A DNA stretch of 63,497 bases, counting the filler, from Perkinsus chesapeaki ATCC PRA-425 (taxonomy: Eukaryota; Protista; Perkinsozoa): assembly GCA_013115145.1 (NCBI GenBank). It is 5 parts of 5 records of this genome, joined end to end, with 100 filler letters (N's around TTAATTAATTAA, not from the genome) between each part and the next. Parts side by side here need not be neighbours in the genome. Positions count along the whole stretch, not along the records: positions 56,300 to 63,497 come from JAAPAO010001043.1; 4 more parts are not named here. The stretch is one strand, 5' to 3'. The number at the start of each line of letters is the position of its first letter. The stretch's first letter is position 1. Shown here piece after piece: positions 61,133-63,497 of the stretch. The notes under the pieces are model-generated. The model worked only from the letters and a program-made list of their open reading frames with translations, searched no databases and was not told where the DNA came from. The translations under genes were made by a program, and so were the position numbers.

Positions 61133-63257
61133 CTACTCGACTTCTACAATGCCTTGTTCTTGTACAGCCTTCTTCAAGGCATCTCTGGGGAATATGGATG
61201 AATGCCCATCAGACCAGTTGATACGTAACGCGTAGGTGCCTGAGTGTTACAGAGGCTTCGAACTCAAAGGGGAGGCTGAGCGTTCCTACCAGCCTTAGCA
61301 ATCTTAGTTGCCACAATATCTTCAGGTATATCCTCGTCCTTGAAGAGCTTCTCTCCGGTCCACTCGTCATACATACTGGCACTTCTGCAGGCCAGGCGAA
61401 GAGCTCTGGCTGGGATCTGACCTTGCCAGGCAACCTATAAGGAGGCATCGTCTATTGTAACCTCAAATACTGCCACATTACCTTATGGTCTCCGTACTGC
61501 TCTTGCAAGTGAATTATGGGCTTACCGGCACCCATAAAGGCAATGTGGGTGGCTCCGTGCTGAACCTGCGTTACCTCAGCTGACTGAGCGGCGTAAGCTT
61601 CCGAAGGGGTACCTTAGAAACGCCACGAATGACGTCCTCCGCTAAGGTGTCGAAGGCCTTGGACGCTTCCGAGCCTTTAAAAGTCTCATTGCAGACAAAC
61701 GGGAAGGCGGCTCCCTCTGAACGAAGGTGGTGCAGGAGAGCCAATAAAAACAGTGATCCTACTGGCCTCTTCGACCGTCTCGGCCATGTCGGGGTCTATG
61801 GGAAGCTCTACATGGCTCTGGATACCGTACTTGGTGGCTAGTTTCTTGCTTTCACTAGCCTTGCCGAACACTTGATGCTTCTCAGAGCACGATGGACACT
61901 TGAAGTAGGCCATGTTCTCTACTACCGCTATTGATGGGATGTTCCTGAGGATCTGCGTGGAGGCATGGCTGACTATTGAGGGATGCCTACAGCTTATCAA
62001 ACAGTTCAATGCCTTTCTCAACATCGACTAAGCTGAGCTGCTGTGGAGTAGTCACCACCACGGCTGCATCGACCTTTGCCTGTTGGCCAATCGTCAACTG
62101 AATATCTCCCGTTCCAGGAGGGTAATCGATAATCTGTCATAATGACGATTGGAGACTATCTCTGAAGGAGCGAGTCTACCAGGTAATCTAGGTTGCCCCA
62201 ATCAGTCATAGTGAGCATTTGCTGTACCATACCGCTGACCATAGGACCTCGAAGAGCTACACTCTCCCCTGGTCTAAGATACCCCATGGACATCAGCTTA
62301 ACCCCGTTGTGGTAGTAAGGATGCTAAACACACAGGGTTCATTGTACACCACTCGGCCGTCCACCTATTACCAACATCCCTGGCTTAGCCTTTCCTGTGC
62401 CTTCCAGCTCCCCTTCTATAGGATCCACAGGAGCCTTCTCGGTAGACGGTATAAGATACGGTAGAGATGGTCCAAAGATATCGGCGTCTAGTATGCCAAC
62501 TTTAACACCATGTTTGGCGATAGAGTATCTGTACGACAATGATGGCAGATGAAAGCAGTGCAGCAGTGAGCTTACGCCAGATTCACCGCCACGCTGCTTT
62601 TTCCAACTCCTCCTTTGCAGGATGTTACAGCGATTATATTATGGACATGGGCCAAGTTCTCCGACTTAACCTCAGGCGCGGCACCAGCGCGTGACTTTGC
62701 TGAGAGTGTTACCTAAGACCGTTCGTTAACGGCATGAGTCTAGCCCTCAGCTACCACCTTAACGTCGGTGACCCACGGCAAGGCCTTGCAAGCTCTCGTG
62801 CACGCATCAACAAACTGGTCGCGTACTGGGCAGGCTGGCGTTGTCAGTTTGAGATCAAAGACGACTACACCAGCGTCACTGATAGTAAGATTTTGGACCT
62901 GACCAGACGCTCTGACCGGTCCACCGATGACCTGTGAGCCTTACGAATCCTAAGCTGACGATGTCCTTGTGGAGATCTGGATCGATAATTAAGGACAGTT
63001 GCTTGAGGCTAAGTAGCAGTTTATCCCTACAGCCCCCTGAGCCATCATTACATTTCGTTCTCTCTGTGTCCAGCAGCTGCAGCAGCCTCAGTAGCAAATC
63101 CACGTGTGCCGAGGTGACCGACAGGAAGTGCAGCTCGGGTGAATAAAGCGGGCCGACTGCCCTTTCGTAATGCTACAGGCCTGACGGCGGTGACTGCTGC
63201 ACTGGAGAAGGCACGGCAGGCTAGGAGCCGAGTGGCTGCGGGCAAACGGCTGAGCAT
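61133..63257 (-). CDS. HCF101: HCF101-like Fe-S cluster carrier P-loop NTPase (DUF59 + Mrp/ParA + DUF971) with mitochondrial-type presequence, spliced
   Basis: [16 protein letters not shown]; [16 protein letters not shown]; LDADIFGPS; DYPPGTGD; [12 protein letters not shown]; C-terminal [17 protein letters not shown]...WSDGHSSIF. Confidence 0.88.
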
Positions 63258-63497
63258 AGGGGTACTAAAAATCTGGAAGATGGTATCTCAGAGGTGATGC
63301 TTCAGCTCAAACTGAACCAAAGATTCCTTTTTTTACTCGAGGTTAGGCAAAATTGGAAATGTAGATTACCTACAGGTCACCCACAACAACTGTACCTAGT
63401 AGACGCTCTGATGAAGCGTATTGGTGCGCGGTCCGAAGCACCGGGCGTGCGCCATTAGTCAGCGCAAGATTCTAAAAACGGTGAAACTACTGAAACG

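Overview
Eukaryotic, intron-rich protist DNA. Gene content and style suggest a myzozoan alveolate, most likely Perkinsus (inference). The window is scaffolded: four artificial N-TTAATTAATTAA-N linkers plus plain N gaps. Host genes recognised: sideroflexin, an intronless OSCA/TMEM63 channel, a CoA-type mitochondrial carrier, an intronless and catalytically divergent malate dehydrogenase, tRNA-Pro(AGG), tRNA-Leu(AAG), a Reeler-domain protein, an HCF101-like Fe-S NTPase with a mitochondrial-type presequence, and several hypothetical spliced genes. Positions 11-16 kb and 30-47 kb are nests of mobile elements. The standout is a 2,383-bp element at 42191-44573 with 136-bp near-perfect TIRs starting CACGGTG, a 5-bp GC-rich TSD (CGGCG) confirmed by an empty-site paralog 1.1 kb away, and a transposase carrying RAG1/Transib/Chapaev-like motifs plus an N-terminal Chapa-like zinc finger. 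Other notable signals: a poorly characterised DUF6729-like DDE transposase family in three copies, ~10-bp periodic A/T-tract (PATC-like) introns, 15-bp-phased GTAC arrays, and several decayed tRNA relics. All family assignments are by motif recognition; no searches were run.
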